Shown: positions 47,650 to 58,231, numbered from the stretch's first letter. The stretch is DNA of 64,000 bases from an uncultured bacterium (GCA_964632485.1 CAZWDO010000022.1:1-64000), one strand, 5' to 3'. The notes: generated from the sequence alone by a model not told the origin. Translations and numbers: made by a program.

Positions 47650-48936
47650 ATGATTCCTGTGGCTATATTAAATCTAAAAGATGTCAATTTTTATCTGCAA
47701 ACTCTGGATGAGTTAGAACAACTGATCTGTCGCTACCAGGCGGATACAACCATTATATTTGCCAATCAAGCTTTTTGCCATTATTTCAAACGATATCGGG
47801 ACGACTTGATCGGCCAGCCTTTAACGTTACTGTTTGCGGAATCCGAGCAACGTATTTTTAAAGCTTACTTATCCACCTTTAGTCGGCAATGTCCCATTCA
47901 ATATATACAGCATTCAGGATTTCATATTGACGGCATCTCCTCATATCATGAATGGGTTGATAAGGCTTTCTTTGATACAGCGGGTGAGGTTGTGGAATTT
48001 CTATCCGTGGGTACGGATAAGAAGTCATTTAAACACTATGAACATACATTCAGACTTTCTGAGAAAAACAATCAGAATCTGGGACAAAGTGTTCAAAAGG
48101 AGATTGCCAGACACAAGATTCATAAGGAAAGCCTGGATCAGTCAAAAACCCTGATTACTCTGGGTACTCTTGTTTCCGGTGTGGCGCATGAGATCAACAA
48201 TCCGAATAATTTCATACTTCTTAATGGCAAAATACTACAGAATGTTTTATCCGATATTTTCCCCATATTGGAAACTTATTATGCCGATCAGGGAGAATTT
48301 TCGGTGGCCGGATTACCCTGGTCGGAGGCTAAGCATGAATTGAAAGAAGTGGCCCTGGCAGTGGTCAATGGTTCATATCGGATCGCTAAAATTGTCCAAT
48401 CGCTTAAGCAATATGTTTCCAGCGCCAGCCCGGATTTATTGCAAACCGTTGATTTGAATCAGATCATTCAGTCAGCCCTGAATATTCTTCAATCTAAAAT
48501 CGAAGCCTGGAAGGTGAAAATTGAGATGGAAATGGACCCGGCGTTACCCACCATTCAAGGAAATTTCCAACAACTGGAGCAGGTTTTCATTAATTTGATT
48601 GAAAATAGTTGCCAGGCAATGGAGAAGAGCGGAGGCTCAATTATAATTATCAGTGATTACTTAGTGGAAGCGAACACGGCGCGAATTATGATCAGGGATA
48701 CGGGAATCGGCATAAAGGAAGAATTAATTAACTATATTACTGATCCCTTTTTTACCACAAAACGCGCAAGCGGGGGTACCGGGCTGGGGCTTTCCCTATC
48801 ATTAAAAATTATTAATCAACACAGTGGAAAACTTACTTTCCAATCTATACCAGGAATAGGCACCACCGCTTATATTCATTTTCCGGTGTTAGTTGATCCA
48901 TGGGAGAACAATGGAACAGACATTCAATCCTCCTGA
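47650..48936 (+). CDS. PAS sensor histidine kinase (NtrB-like)
   Basis: VAHEINNP, NLIENS, DTGIG, PFFTTK, GTGLGL. Confidence 0.9.
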   Translation: MIPVAILNLKDVNFYLQTLDELEQLICRYQADTTIIFANQAFCHYFKRYRDDLIGQPLTLLFAESEQRIFKAYLSTFSRQCPIQYIQHSGFHIDGISSYHEWVDKAFFDTAGEVVEFLSVGTDKKSFKHYEHTFRLSEKNNQNLGQSVQKEIARHKIHKESLDQSKTLITLGTLVSGVAHEINNPNNFILLNGKILQNVLSDIFPILETYYADQGEFSVAGLPWSEAKHELKEVALAVVNGSYRIAKIVQSLKQYVSSASPDLLQTVDLNQIIQSALNILQSKIEAWKVKIEMEMDPALPTIQGNFQQLEQVFINLIENSCQAMEKSGGSIIIISDYLVEANTARIMIRDTGIGIKEELINYITDPFFTTKRASGGTGLGLSLSLKIINQHSGKLTFQSIPGIGTTAYIHFPVLVDPWENNGTDIQSS

Positions 48937-50347
48937 TCCGATCGTTTTAATTGATGATGAGCCTTTGTTTTTAAACAGTGTGGCATTGATACTCCGCTCA
49001 GCGGGTTACAATCACATCATTAAATGCATCAATGATGTTGAACTGTTTGCCGCGCTCAAAGAGTATTCGCCTTCCTGTGTTCTCCTTGATTTGATAATGC
49101 CGAACAAGTCAGGCCTGGAACTGCTGCCTGAAATTCTCACCTGCTATCCTCATGTTCCCGTAATCATGGCCACGGCGATCCATGAGACTGATAAAATTGT
49201 GGAATTTATCAAATTGGGGGCGTTTAACTATTTGGTTAAGCCGATAGATGATATTATGCTGTTAAAATCTATTCGATTGGCGCTTGAATTTTACGATTTG
49301 AAAAACGAAAATGTGCTTCTTAAAAAGCACTTGCTGGCTGAAAACCTGGTGAATCCCGCGATTTTTTCTGCGATTATTACTCAGGATCGCATGATGAAAT
49401 CCCTGTTTAAATATATCGAAACCATTGCTCGTAACTCATTTCCTGTTTTGATCACCGGAGAAACCGGAGTCGGTAAGGAATTGATTGCCCAGAGTATTCA
49501 TCAGGCCAGCCAAAGATCTGGTAAATTTGTTCCTATCAACACCGCCGGCATTGACGATACGCTTTTTTCCGATCTTCTTTTCGGCCATCATAAGGGTTCG
49601 TTCACCAGCGCTGATAAACCTCGCAAGGGCATTTTGGAAGAAGCGGCTCACGGTACTCTTTTCCTGGATGAGATCGGCGACCTCAGTTATATCTCGCAAA
49701 GCAAACTATTACGTTTATTACAGGATGGCACCTATTACCCGCTTGGGTCGGATACTCAAAAATACAGCGCGACCCGTATTATTGCCGCGACGCATGTCAA
49801 CCTGATGGAGGCGATGAACCAGGGAAAATTCCGCCAGGATTTGTTCTTTCGTTTACAGGTCCATCATATTGATATTCCGCCCTTGCGCGCCCGGCGTGAT
49901 GATATTCCCCTCTTAATCGATTTTTTTACCATAAAGGCCGCTCAGGAGTTGAAACTAAAGAAACTGCGCTATTCGGATCAATTGGTTTCTCTTTTAATGA
50001 ATTATTCGTTTCCGGGAAATATACGGGAACTGCAATCTTTTATTTTTGATGCCGCCAGTCAGCAGCAAAATGGAGTTTTATCCCTTGCCGCCATTAAAGT
50101 CCGAATAAAGCAAACTCAATACGACTACTCCGCCGGGGAAGTCCAGGAAAATTTTTTTCCAACGCACTCTGCCGACAACCCGGCGGTGATTTTCAGAGAG
50201 AAGCTGCCTTCCCTGAAAGAACTGGAGAATCAGTTGATTGAAGAGGCTTTGGCGCGTTGCAATGGCAACCAGACACTCGCCGCCAAACTCATCGGAATGA
50301 AACGAACCGCGCTTAATAATCGTCTTAATCGGCGTCTTTTACGCTGA
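48911..50347 (+). CDS. NtrC-family sigma54-type response regulator (REC-AAA-Fis HTH)
   Basis: GETGVGKE, LFLDEIGD, FPGNIREL, GNQTLAAKLIG; the GAFTGA loop reads GSFTSA. Confidence 0.92.
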   Translation: MEQTFNPPDPIVLIDDEPLFLNSVALILRSAGYNHIIKCINDVELFAALKEYSPSCVLLDLIMPNKSGLELLPEILTCYPHVPVIMATAIHETDKIVEFIKLGAFNYLVKPIDDIMLLKSIRLALEFYDLKNENVLLKKHLLAENLVNPAIFSAIITQDRMMKSLFKYIETIARNSFPVLITGETGVGKELIAQSIHQASQRSGKFVPINTAGIDDTLFSDLLFGHHKGSFTSADKPRKGILEEAAHGTLFLDEIGDLSYISQSKLLRLLQDGTYYPLGSDTQKYSATRIIAATHVNLMEAMNQGKFRQDLFFRLQVHHIDIPPLRARRDDIPLLIDFFTIKAAQELKLKKLRYSDQLVSLLMNYSFPGNIRELQSFIFDAASQQQNGVLSLAAIKVRIKQTQYDYSAGEVQENFFPTHSADNPAVIFREKLPSLKELENQLIEEALARCNGNQTLAAKLIGMKRTALNNRLNRRLLR

Positions 50348-50483
50348 GTTTATGGGATATACTGCGAAAGAGCGCGAAATTAAGCGTTTCGTTCTCTTCC
50401 GCCCTTTCCTTCATCTTTTTTTTGAAGTAGTTGAAGATATCAGAGCAATCGCCTTCAGGCCGGGAAGTAGAGAAGTAGCAGGG

Positions 50484-51749
50484 TTAGAAAAAAGTAACAT
50501 CATCCGCCTCTTCAACCGAAGCTGTCGGGAATGAAGTGGAATCAGCTTCCAAATCCCCGGAAGGCGTTGTAGTTTTCAGAGTTAATGCGGCGATTTCCCG
50601 TTCCTGCTTCATGGTTGCCAGGTTGTCGTAATGACTGAGAATTTTAGTTTTCAATTCTTCATTGATTTCTTTTTCATCGAGAAACTTATTGATTTTGAGT
50701 TCGCAAAGCGCATTATTGACATCGCGCAAGGTCTGGGCAATATGAGTGGAAATTTGTCGGGTAATATCCTCGAATTGTAAATTAATAACAATGTTTTGGA
50801 TTTCTGCGCGGGAAGTCGATGTATTTCCAAGAGTTCCGTCCATGACCGAGGATAACTGGATCAACGAATCAATGATAGAAAGAAAAAAATCTTTTAATAA
50901 AAAAATGGTTGAATTTATGAAATTTTTTTCGGCATCAGCGGTTTCCTTAATGGATAAAACTGCCTGATCGATAAATATAGCGGTATGATCGAGTGTATCC
51001 TGTATTTTTTCGGCGGAATGGGTGGAATTGACGGCCAGTCGTTTAACTTCCTGCGCAACTACGCCGAAGGCTTTGCCATATCGACCGGCCCTGGCAGATT
51101 CAATCGAAGCATTCAGCGATAAAATTTTTGTAGTCATAGCAAAATTAGAAATATCGCTCGAAAAGATTGAAATATCTTGCACTCGTTCCCGGATTTTATC
51201 CAATTTGGTTATATCTTCATTTTTAATATCGATGATGATCAGTAATTCGTTCAGTATTCCCTGAATTACCGTTTCATATTGTTGGCGAATTAATTGCATA
51301 TTGTTTTGGGGCGCTGCTTCAGATTCCTGTTTTACAATATTTAAGGATAAACGTTTTTTAATGCTGCCGACAATGTCAGTCGTCTCGCCGACTGTGCGAT
51401 CAATCTGGCTCAATAACCGGCCGAATCGTTCGACTGTATCGACTGTAGCTTCCTCAATTTTACCGGACGTGTATTTCAGTTGATTATGTGTAACAGCAAT
51501 CAGCTCCCTAATGCGACGCAATGAAAAAAATGCTTCAATCGTTTTATCTACTACTTCTTCCAGATGGCTGACCGTTGCGTTTTTTTTCTTTAATTCCTCT
51601 TCGAGAAATGCGATCTTCAGATTTTTTTGTTCAATTTCGTAGCGTAAAACGTTCAGTTCCTGCTGATCGGTTCCCTCACACAGCGGAACCGCATTTTCAG
51701 CAGGCAGTGTTTTCTGTTCCACGTTAAAGAAAGATGACTTGTCATACAT
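50484..51749 (-). CDS. Cytoplasmic methyl-accepting chemotaxis protein with a C-terminal pentapeptide
   Basis: LSLNASIESARAG..GKAFGVVAQEV, LQFEDITRQ, no TM, ends DVTFF. Confidence 0.85.
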   Translation of the reverse strand: MYDKSSFFNVEQKTLPAENAVPLCEGTDQQELNVLRYEIEQKNLKIAFLEEELKKKNATVSHLEEVVDKTIEAFFSLRRIRELIAVTHNQLKYTSGKIEEATVDTVERFGRLLSQIDRTVGETTDIVGSIKKRLSLNIVKQESEAAPQNNMQLIRQQYETVIQGILNELLIIIDIKNEDITKLDKIRERVQDISIFSSDISNFAMTTKILSLNASIESARAGRYGKAFGVVAQEVKRLAVNSTHSAEKIQDTLDHTAIFIDQAVLSIKETADAEKNFINSTIFLLKDFFLSIIDSLIQLSSVMDGTLGNTSTSRAEIQNIVINLQFEDITRQISTHIAQTLRDVNNALCELKINKFLDEKEINEELKTKILSHYDNLATMKQEREIAALTLKTTTPSGDLEADSTSFPTASVEEADDVTFF

Positions 51750-51801
51750 GGATAATCCTTTTTTTCGAGCGGTACCATAAACGGCGAAACGATTGAAATT
51801 T

Positions 51802-52263
51802 CTATAATTCAGCAGAAATCGGTTGAATGACCGGGGTACTTTGCTGTAACCATTTGGTGAATTCAACTTTAGTTCCTTTGCCGATTACGGAATGAATATG
51901 AAACTCATCCGAGAGGCGTTTAACACCTGGCAACCCTAAACATAGCGCATTCCGGGAGTTGTCCCGTTCACGCAGAATTTCTTCAACATTGCGGATTCCA
52001 GCGCCCCGGTCTTCGAACACCAATAGAAAACCTTTGTCGTCACAGCCTTCCTTCTCAATTATATAGGCGCTCATTTGGCCTTGTTTCGCATGAATTACAA
52101 TATTTCTGGCCAGTTCCGAAGTAGCGGTCACAATCCGCATTTGATCCAATAATGAAAATCCGTTTTCCACGGCTAACTGCTGAGATTTTTGCCGCGCCAG
52201 GGCAACATCTTCATAGCCGGCGATTAAGACCTCAATCAGTTTTACCGGGTTAATTTTTTTCAT
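51802..52263 (-). CDS. RsbT-like anti-sigma regulatory Ser/Thr kinase
   Basis: TATSELARNI, EDRGAGI, GLPGVKRLSDEF...GKGTKV. Confidence 0.85.
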   Translation of the reverse strand: MKKINPVKLIEVLIAGYEDVALARQKSQQLAVENGFSLLDQMRIVTATSELARNIVIHAKQGQMSAYIIEKEGCDDKGFLLVFEDRGAGIRNVEEILRERDNSRNALCLGLPGVKRLSDEFHIHSVIGKGTKVEFTKWLQQSTPVIQPISAEL

Positions 52264-52411
52264 GAACTTCCTTTCGTTATCCCCTGTCGAGAGCGTTTTA
52301 CGACAGTGGCAACAGGTGTAGATTAACTGTAAGTAGTTATATTCTATTGCCGCTTTTACGAGTCAATTTTGCTGCGCTACTCCTTTTTTTAAAATATACA
52401 TTTTTTGGGCG

Positions 52412-55321
52412 TCAGACTAATTCCTCAGGATTGAGAACCAAAACGACCTGTCCATTGCCTAATAGACAAACACCATTTAAAGCGCGAATGCCTACCATTT
52501 GCTCAGGCAGGGGTTTGATTGCAATTTCCGCTCTATTTTCCAGTTTATCCACCCGCACACCGAATTTTCCTGTCTGCGTCTTCAAAATCACGATTGGGAT
52601 TTCATCACCCTCATGACGGGAAGAAGGATCATCAGCGGTTTGCAGCAGCGTTTCCAGACGCTCTATTGGGATTACCTGTTCCCGGTAATGGATAAATGAA
52701 CGTTCCCGCCAGTGATGGATTTGCGCGGCTTTGATTTTAATCATTTCAAGGACATAATCAAAGGGAATGGCATATATGTTTTTTCCCGCTTTGACCATTA
52801 AGGCTGAGCTGATACCCATGGCCATGGGTATTTTAAGGGCAATATTAGTTCCCTGGCCGGCTTGAGAGTGTACTCTGATTTCGCCGCCGAGCGCCTTGAT
52901 CGATGTTTGTACCACATCCATGCCAACTCCACGTCCGGATATATCGGTAATCTGTTGTTTGGTGGAAAACCCCGCCATAAAAATGATATTAAAAATACTA
53001 TCGTCTTCCTCGGATTTAATGGGAATATTCATGGCTCTTGCTTTTTCCAGGATACGTTGGCGGTCCAATCCCCGGCCGTCGTCAATAATCGATATAATCA
53101 GATTGCGGCCCTCTTGTTCTGCTTTTAATATAATAGTTCCTTTTTCGTCTTTATGGGCTGCAATCCGTTCTTCAGGACTTTCAATACCATGATCACAGGC
53201 ATTGCGGATAATATGGATCAAGGGGTCTGATAATGTATCCGCAACTTTTTTGTCAATTTCAGTTTCATTGCCGTATGTAAGAAATTCAATCTGCTTTTTC
53301 TGTTTGCGCGCAATATCCCGTACTACTCGTTGAAATTTTTGAAAAATTCCTTTGATGGGTGTCATGCGCATCGCCATCATTCCAGTCTGGATATTGTTCG
53401 AAATTCGTGAAATCAAATGCAGATTATCCTTAAATGAGCGAATGAGCGCAGTAGCGTCCGGGTTGGATTGAGTTAACTCATGGATGATATATTCGTAGGT
53501 ATTTCGCGCCACGACCAGCTCGCCAATCAGGTTGGAAAAAACATCGATCTTCCTCTCATCGACCCGCATGGTACGAATCTCGGATTCTTCTTTTAAGACC
53601 TCCGATTTTAACGATTTGCCAAGTTCCATCAATTCCTGTTTGTGTAAGCTCCGTTGCAAGTCCTCTTCACTGACCAAGCCGTTTTCAATGAGGATTTCGC
53701 CCAGTCGTTTTTGTCTGCCAAGCGCCGATTGCAAGATTGATTCAGTGATCAATCCTTCTTCAATCAGGATTTCACCCAGCTTTCGTGGTTCCGATGTTAG
53801 TCCCAGCAAAAAAAGAATCACTTCATCCAGGATTTCTACATAATCCTCGCCGGAAGGATCTTCCAACGCGATTAACGCTTTATCCACTAAAGCCGGCAAG
53901 GTTTTGATATTCATATACTCCGATGCGCTTTTCAAGCTTTTTAAGGCTCGTAAGGTAATACGCTTCGATTCGGGAATAGTTGACGCCGGTTTGCCATGGG
54001 TTCGAATAATTTCGCGGTACTGCTGGGATTGTTCCAGAAAAGTTGTCCTGACATCCTCAGATATAAACGAAACTGCGGATTTCTTGTCTCTGTTATCATC
54101 TGAGGGGTGAGAAAAAATCCGCAAATAATAGCCGACTGCGTGTTCAATTTGACCGATGCGGAGTTTGCCGCCACCATGGTTCATTACATTCAGCATTATT
54201 TTTAGCGTATCCACTGACTGAAGGGCTATATCAGTTATTTTTGGAGTAATAATCACTTCTCCCCGGCGTAATAAATCAAACAACGATTCCAGATTATGCA
54301 GAAATTGAGCCATTTCAGACAGATTAATATAACTGCAATCTCCCTTGAGCGTGTGCAGGGCGCGAAATATTTTCTGAATGGATTCCTGGCTGCCTTTTTT
54401 TTCGAGCTCTACTATGCTGGTTTCTAATATACTCAATAATTCCTGTGAACTGACGATGAATTCTTTCAGATTGGCGCTATTAATGCTATTAACCGATATC
54501 TCAATTTCTTTCTCGTCCGGATCAAACTGAATTTGTTCGGCTATATCCACGATATCGGCCAATGAGGGATCAAACAACAAATCCTTAATCGCTGCCTCAT
54601 CAATTTTACAAACCAGAAAAATAGTGGCCTGGAAGGAAAGATGGAAGGGATTGAACTCGTCCAGGTCAGCAATTTTTTCGTCCGGGATAATCGCTTCATA
54701 ATAAAGAGCCGTAGCCATCAGTTGACTCAGGAATACAGCCGGGTCATATCCATTGGCAAAGAACTCGTCGGAATAATTGAGTCGTATTTTAAAAAAGTGG
54801 TTTTGGTTGCCATATAAAGCTCGCATGCGCAAAATCGTGGAGTTTGGGACTTCATCATTTTCTGATAGCGAATAAGGCGTCGGGGTAATGGGCGCTGGCT
54901 CCAACTTGCCGTCTGTGGATGGATTATTGATGCCCAGAGTTAATGCAGTCAATTTATCCACTAACTGGTTATCGATTGCGATCGGTAGTTTTTTTTCAAT
55001 CCCGAGGATCATGGCATTAAGAGTGTCCACACTGTTTAGCACTACATCAATCAGTTCGGGGTTGATTGTGAGTTTCCTATCTCTGACCAGCGATAACACA
55101 TTCTCTATATGATGCGCAAATTGGGAGATTTCCAGCAAATCAAAACTGCCGGCGCTTCCCTTGATCGTATGAATTCCCCGGAAGATAGAATCTATGCGAT
55201 CCCTGTTGTCCGGATCGGCTTCCGTTTTGAGAATATCATCGCTGATGCCATCCAGAATATCCTTAGCCTCTGTGATAAACTGACGACGATAAAAATCAAG
55301 GTCCATTTCAATATTCGGCAT
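52412..55321 (-). CDS. cheA: Chemotaxis histidine kinase CheA with multiple Hpt domains and an MshEN-like motif
   Basis: FRGIHTIKG and FRALHTLKG Hpt motifs, HIIRNACDHG, DDGRG, SGRGVGMDVV, C-terminal CheW-like domain. Confidence 0.95.
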   Translation of the reverse strand: MPNIEMDLDFYRRQFITEAKDILDGISDDILKTEADPDNRDRIDSIFRGIHTIKGSAGSFDLLEISQFAHHIENVLSLVRDRKLTINPELIDVVLNSVDTLNAMILGIEKKLPIAIDNQLVDKLTALTLGINNPSTDGKLEPAPITPTPYSLSENDEVPNSTILRMRALYGNQNHFFKIRLNYSDEFFANGYDPAVFLSQLMATALYYEAIIPDEKIADLDEFNPFHLSFQATIFLVCKIDEAAIKDLLFDPSLADIVDIAEQIQFDPDEKEIEISVNSINSANLKEFIVSSQELLSILETSIVELEKKGSQESIQKIFRALHTLKGDCSYINLSEMAQFLHNLESLFDLLRRGEVIITPKITDIALQSVDTLKIMLNVMNHGGGKLRIGQIEHAVGYYLRIFSHPSDDNRDKKSAVSFISEDVRTTFLEQSQQYREIIRTHGKPASTIPESKRITLRALKSLKSASEYMNIKTLPALVDKALIALEDPSGEDYVEILDEVILFLLGLTSEPRKLGEILIEEGLITESILQSALGRQKRLGEILIENGLVSEEDLQRSLHKQELMELGKSLKSEVLKEESEIRTMRVDERKIDVFSNLIGELVVARNTYEYIIHELTQSNPDATALIRSFKDNLHLISRISNNIQTGMMAMRMTPIKGIFQKFQRVVRDIARKQKKQIEFLTYGNETEIDKKVADTLSDPLIHIIRNACDHGIESPEERIAAHKDEKGTIILKAEQEGRNLIISIIDDGRGLDRQRILEKARAMNIPIKSEEDDSIFNIIFMAGFSTKQQITDISGRGVGMDVVQTSIKALGGEIRVHSQAGQGTNIALKIPMAMGISSALMVKAGKNIYAIPFDYVLEMIKIKAAQIHHWRERSFIHYREQVIPIERLETLLQTADDPSSRHEGDEIPIVILKTQTGKFGVRVDKLENRAEIAIKPLPEQMVGIRALNGVCLLGNGQVVLVLNPEELV

Positions 55322-55329
55322 ATTAATTC

Positions 55330-55695
55330 CTATCCGATGATCTTCTTTACAACATTTAGCAGGGTATCGGGTTTAAAAGGCTTAACAATCCAGGCTTTAG
55401 CCCCGGCCTGCTGTCCCTGTTGTTTCTTTGATTCTTCGCTTTCTGTTGTCAACATGACAATCGGAATGAAGCGGTATTGCGCTTGCGCCTTTATTTGACG
55501 GATCATTTCGATACCATTCATATTCGGCATATTTAAATCGGTAAGTATCATATCAAATTTGTTTTGCGTCAGCTTGTCCAATCCATCCAACCCATCGCAG
55601 GCTTCCACAGCTTCATAACCGTTGGAACGCAGAGTCATTGCAATTAATCCCCGCATGGAACCCGCATCATCGACTACTAAGATAGATTTTGGCAT
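55330..55695 (-). CDS. cheY: CheY-like response regulator
   Basis: VVDD, TDLNMP, LTTE, VKPF. Confidence 0.92.
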   Translation of the reverse strand: MPKSILVVDDAGSMRGLIAMTLRSNGYEAVEACDGLDGLDKLTQNKFDMILTDLNMPNMNGIEMIRQIKAQAQYRFIPIVMLTTESEESKKQQGQQAGAKAWIVKPFKPDTLLNVVKKIIG

Positions 55696-55720
55696 AAAAT
55701 TTCCTTCTGCTGTATTTTAG

Positions 55721-56011
55721 TTATATACTGTCAATCTGATACAAACGAGCCATTTGATCCAAAGCCGGAGAGGAATTTTTTTTAAGCAGGGCAATTCCTT
55801 TTCGGCGAAACGAATAAATAACTGTGCAAATCAATTGAAAATAATAGGTATCAATTTCTTCAATCTCACTGACATCTAAAGTAACCTGTTCCAAATTTTT
55901 ATGATTGGCCATTGTTTCTTTCAAGAAATTAAGGTCCTCTTCAACCCGATGAATGGTCGCTTGATTGGGGAAGCGGATTTCCAGTGTATGATCATTTTTT
56001 TCGATAATCAT
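55721..56011 (-). CDS. STAS domain protein
   Basis: VTLDVSEIEEIDT...QLI pattern; 96 aa; located within the che cluster. Confidence 0.75.
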   Translation of the reverse strand: MIIEKNDHTLEIRFPNQATIHRVEEDLNFLKETMANHKNLEQVTLDVSEIEEIDTYYFQLICTVIYSFRRKGIALLKKNSSPALDQMARLYQIDSI

Positions 56012-56388
56012 GGTAGTTCCTCGCTACCCATTGTCCCGATCAGCATCTGGACATGAGTGATCAGAAACTGAGGTTGAACCGGTTTGGTGATGTAGAGATT
56101 GGCGCCGGATTTATATCCCATAAGTTTATTCTCGACCTCTTCCTGAGTGGTGATGATTATTATGGGAGTTTCTTTTTCCAATTCGCGGTATTTGCGGATG
56201 AAGGTGAGGCCATCCATATTTGGCATATTGATATCGCATAAAATCAGATGATAGGTGTTAGCAAGAGCTTTTTCCAAAGCTTCGATACCATCCCCTGCGC
56301 CAGCCACATTGAATCCGACGGATTTCAGAATGTTCATGTGATAATTACGGACAACCGGTGAATCATCAACTACAAGGATATAATACAT
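56008..56388 (-). CDS. Single-domain response regulator (second CheY-like)
   Basis: VVDDS, CDINMP, ITT, TKP. Confidence 0.9.
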   Translation of the reverse strand: MYYILVVDDSPVVRNYHMNILKSVGFNVAGAGDGIEALEKALANTYHLILCDINMPNMDGLTFIRKYRELEKETPIIIITTQEEVENKLMGYKSGANLYITKPVQPQFLITHVQMLIGTMGSEELP

Positions 56389-56391
56389 GGT

Positions 56392-57240
56392 TCACTCCTT
56401 ACAATACACTAAAAATTTACCTGATCGTTGAAGTTTGAAGGCAGTTGTAATCCGGCCCAGTGATTCGCTTGAACCCAAAAAAATATACCCACTGGTCTTC
56501 AAGCTGGTGTAAAAATGATCGACTACCTGGCGGCGAGATATATCATCGAAATAGATCAGCACGTTACGGCAAAAAATAAAATCACAGTTGATGATGACTC
56601 TCATTTCATCCCGATTCTGAAGATTCAATTTTATGAATTTCACCATGGATTTCACCATGGATTTCACTTCAAAGCGTTGTTTGGGGAGAATATTGAAATA
56701 GGTTTTCAAATAGGTTTCCGGGGTATCCATAATACTGCGTTTTTCGTAAACTCCAGCTTGGGCTTTGATCAACACTTTTTCATCGATATCGGAGGCGATA
56801 ATCTCTATCTTCCAATCGGATACATCCTCAAGTATCTCATGAAGAATGATCGCTATCGAATAGGGTTCTTCTCCGGTGGAACAGCCGGCTGACCAGATGC
56901 GCAATGAATTATCGTTCAAAGTGATCTTTTGTTTAACGACTTCTGGCAGGCAAATATCGGCAAACGATTCCAATTGGGGAAAATCCCGGAAAAAATAGGT
57001 CTCATTAATAGTGATCTGATTCACCAGATTCTGGAATTCGTGGCCCTGAAGATCGGAAAACTTGAGATAACGGATATATTCGGCCGCAGAATTGAAGCCC
57101 ATGACTTGCATCCGTTGAAATATGCGGTGATTAATAAAATAAATCTTTTTTGGTTCGAAACGGATACCGATCCGGCGGTAAATCATATCTGCCAGCCGAT
57201 CGAATTCATCGATCGTTAACTGGAAATCAATTTCATTCAT
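56392..57240 (-). CDS. cheR: Chemotaxis methyltransferase
   Basis: TINETYFFR, IWSAGCSTGEEPYS, CRNVLIYF. Confidence 0.95.
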   Translation of the reverse strand: MNEIDFQLTIDEFDRLADMIYRRIGIRFEPKKIYFINHRIFQRMQVMGFNSAAEYIRYLKFSDLQGHEFQNLVNQITINETYFFRDFPQLESFADICLPEVVKQKITLNDNSLRIWSAGCSTGEEPYSIAIILHEILEDVSDWKIEIIASDIDEKVLIKAQAGVYEKRSIMDTPETYLKTYFNILPKQRFEVKSMVKSMVKFIKLNLQNRDEMRVIINCDFIFCRNVLIYFDDISRRQVVDHFYTSLKTSGYIFLGSSESLGRITTAFKLQRSGKFLVYCKE

Positions 57241-58231
57241 TGTCTTCTCCCGGGTTTGTACCCAGACTGGTTTGGCAAAATTCTCTAATATCCGGAAAGG
57301 GAGCCTTGTCGGCAATTGCCTGCAAGTACGTATTTCGCAGGGCCGATTCAGACTGGTCGATGAGCTCAATTCCATAGAATTGATATTCGATGCGTAAATC
57401 GGGAGAAAGCACAATGTCATGCAGAAGCCTGACAGTTTGTTCCGGGAGAGGATGTTGACGTACCAGATTTTGTATTGAATATAAGCTCTTGATAATATCT
57501 TCGCCATAAAGTATCGGATCTGTCAATGAATCAATAATATGAAAAATAGTATCCACAAATCCGCCCCGGGTTGCCAATTTCAATAATGATGGAATATAAA
57601 TTGCCTGCGAATCCGGCGCCTTATCGGCTGAAACCGATAATTGAAGTAGCAGTGATTCTATATCCTCGGCGTTAGCCAATTCACTTAACGTTTCCAGAAT
57701 AGAGTCTTTCAACATCGGTTCCCGGGTATGGCTGAAAAGATCTATCATTTCAGGAATACTGGCTCTATCATTCAAACGGCCCAAATATTCCACCGCGGTA
57801 ATGACGACATTAATGGCGGGATCATATAAAGCTGCCCGCAGGGCAAAAATAGCATCCTCGGTACCCAATTCAACCAGGGTATCCAATATCAGTTTTCGTA
57901 CTTCTTTGTTGGCATGATCCAGTTTTGATCCTAAAAAAACAATGGTATCCAAGCCGTATGCTGAGAGAATAGCTACCGCTGAATTGCGCAGATAAGCGTC
58001 CGCTGAGCTGTATAATTCAAAAATCGTTTCATAGATCAGCGGATTATTCGATTTTTTCAGGGCAAACACCAGCGCATCACGGACGACGGGAGATGATTCC
58101 TTTTTAAGCCGGTCCATTAACGCCTGCGCCCAATTCGATGATTTCAGCGACATGATATCATCAACCGCATAGAGTCTCACCGTTTCATCGGGATCATTGA
58201 TTTGGCGCGCTAATGTATCCTGGGATTCCAT
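57233..58231 (-). CDS. HEAT-repeat protein
   Basis: Repeated D...VR..A helical units; sits between cheB and cheR. Confidence 0.85.
   Translation of the reverse strand: MESQDTLARQINDPDETVRLYAVDDIMSLKSSNWAQALMDRLKKESSPVVRDALVFALKKSNNPLIYETIFELYSSADAYLRNSAVAILSAYGLDTIVFLGSKLDHANKEVRKLILDTLVELGTEDAIFALRAALYDPAINVVITAVEYLGRLNDRASIPEMIDLFSHTREPMLKDSILETLSELANAEDIESLLLQLSVSADKAPDSQAIYIPSLLKLATRGGFVDTIFHIIDSLTDPILYGEDIIKSLYSIQNLVRQHPLPEQTVRLLHDIVLSPDLRIEYQFYGIELIDQSESALRNTYLQAIADKAPFPDIREFCQTSLGTNPGEDNE

Noticed and set aside
56639-56667. 12-bp tandem duplication in cheR (VKSMVKSMVK)
   Set aside because: It is in-frame and short, most likely neutral slippage.
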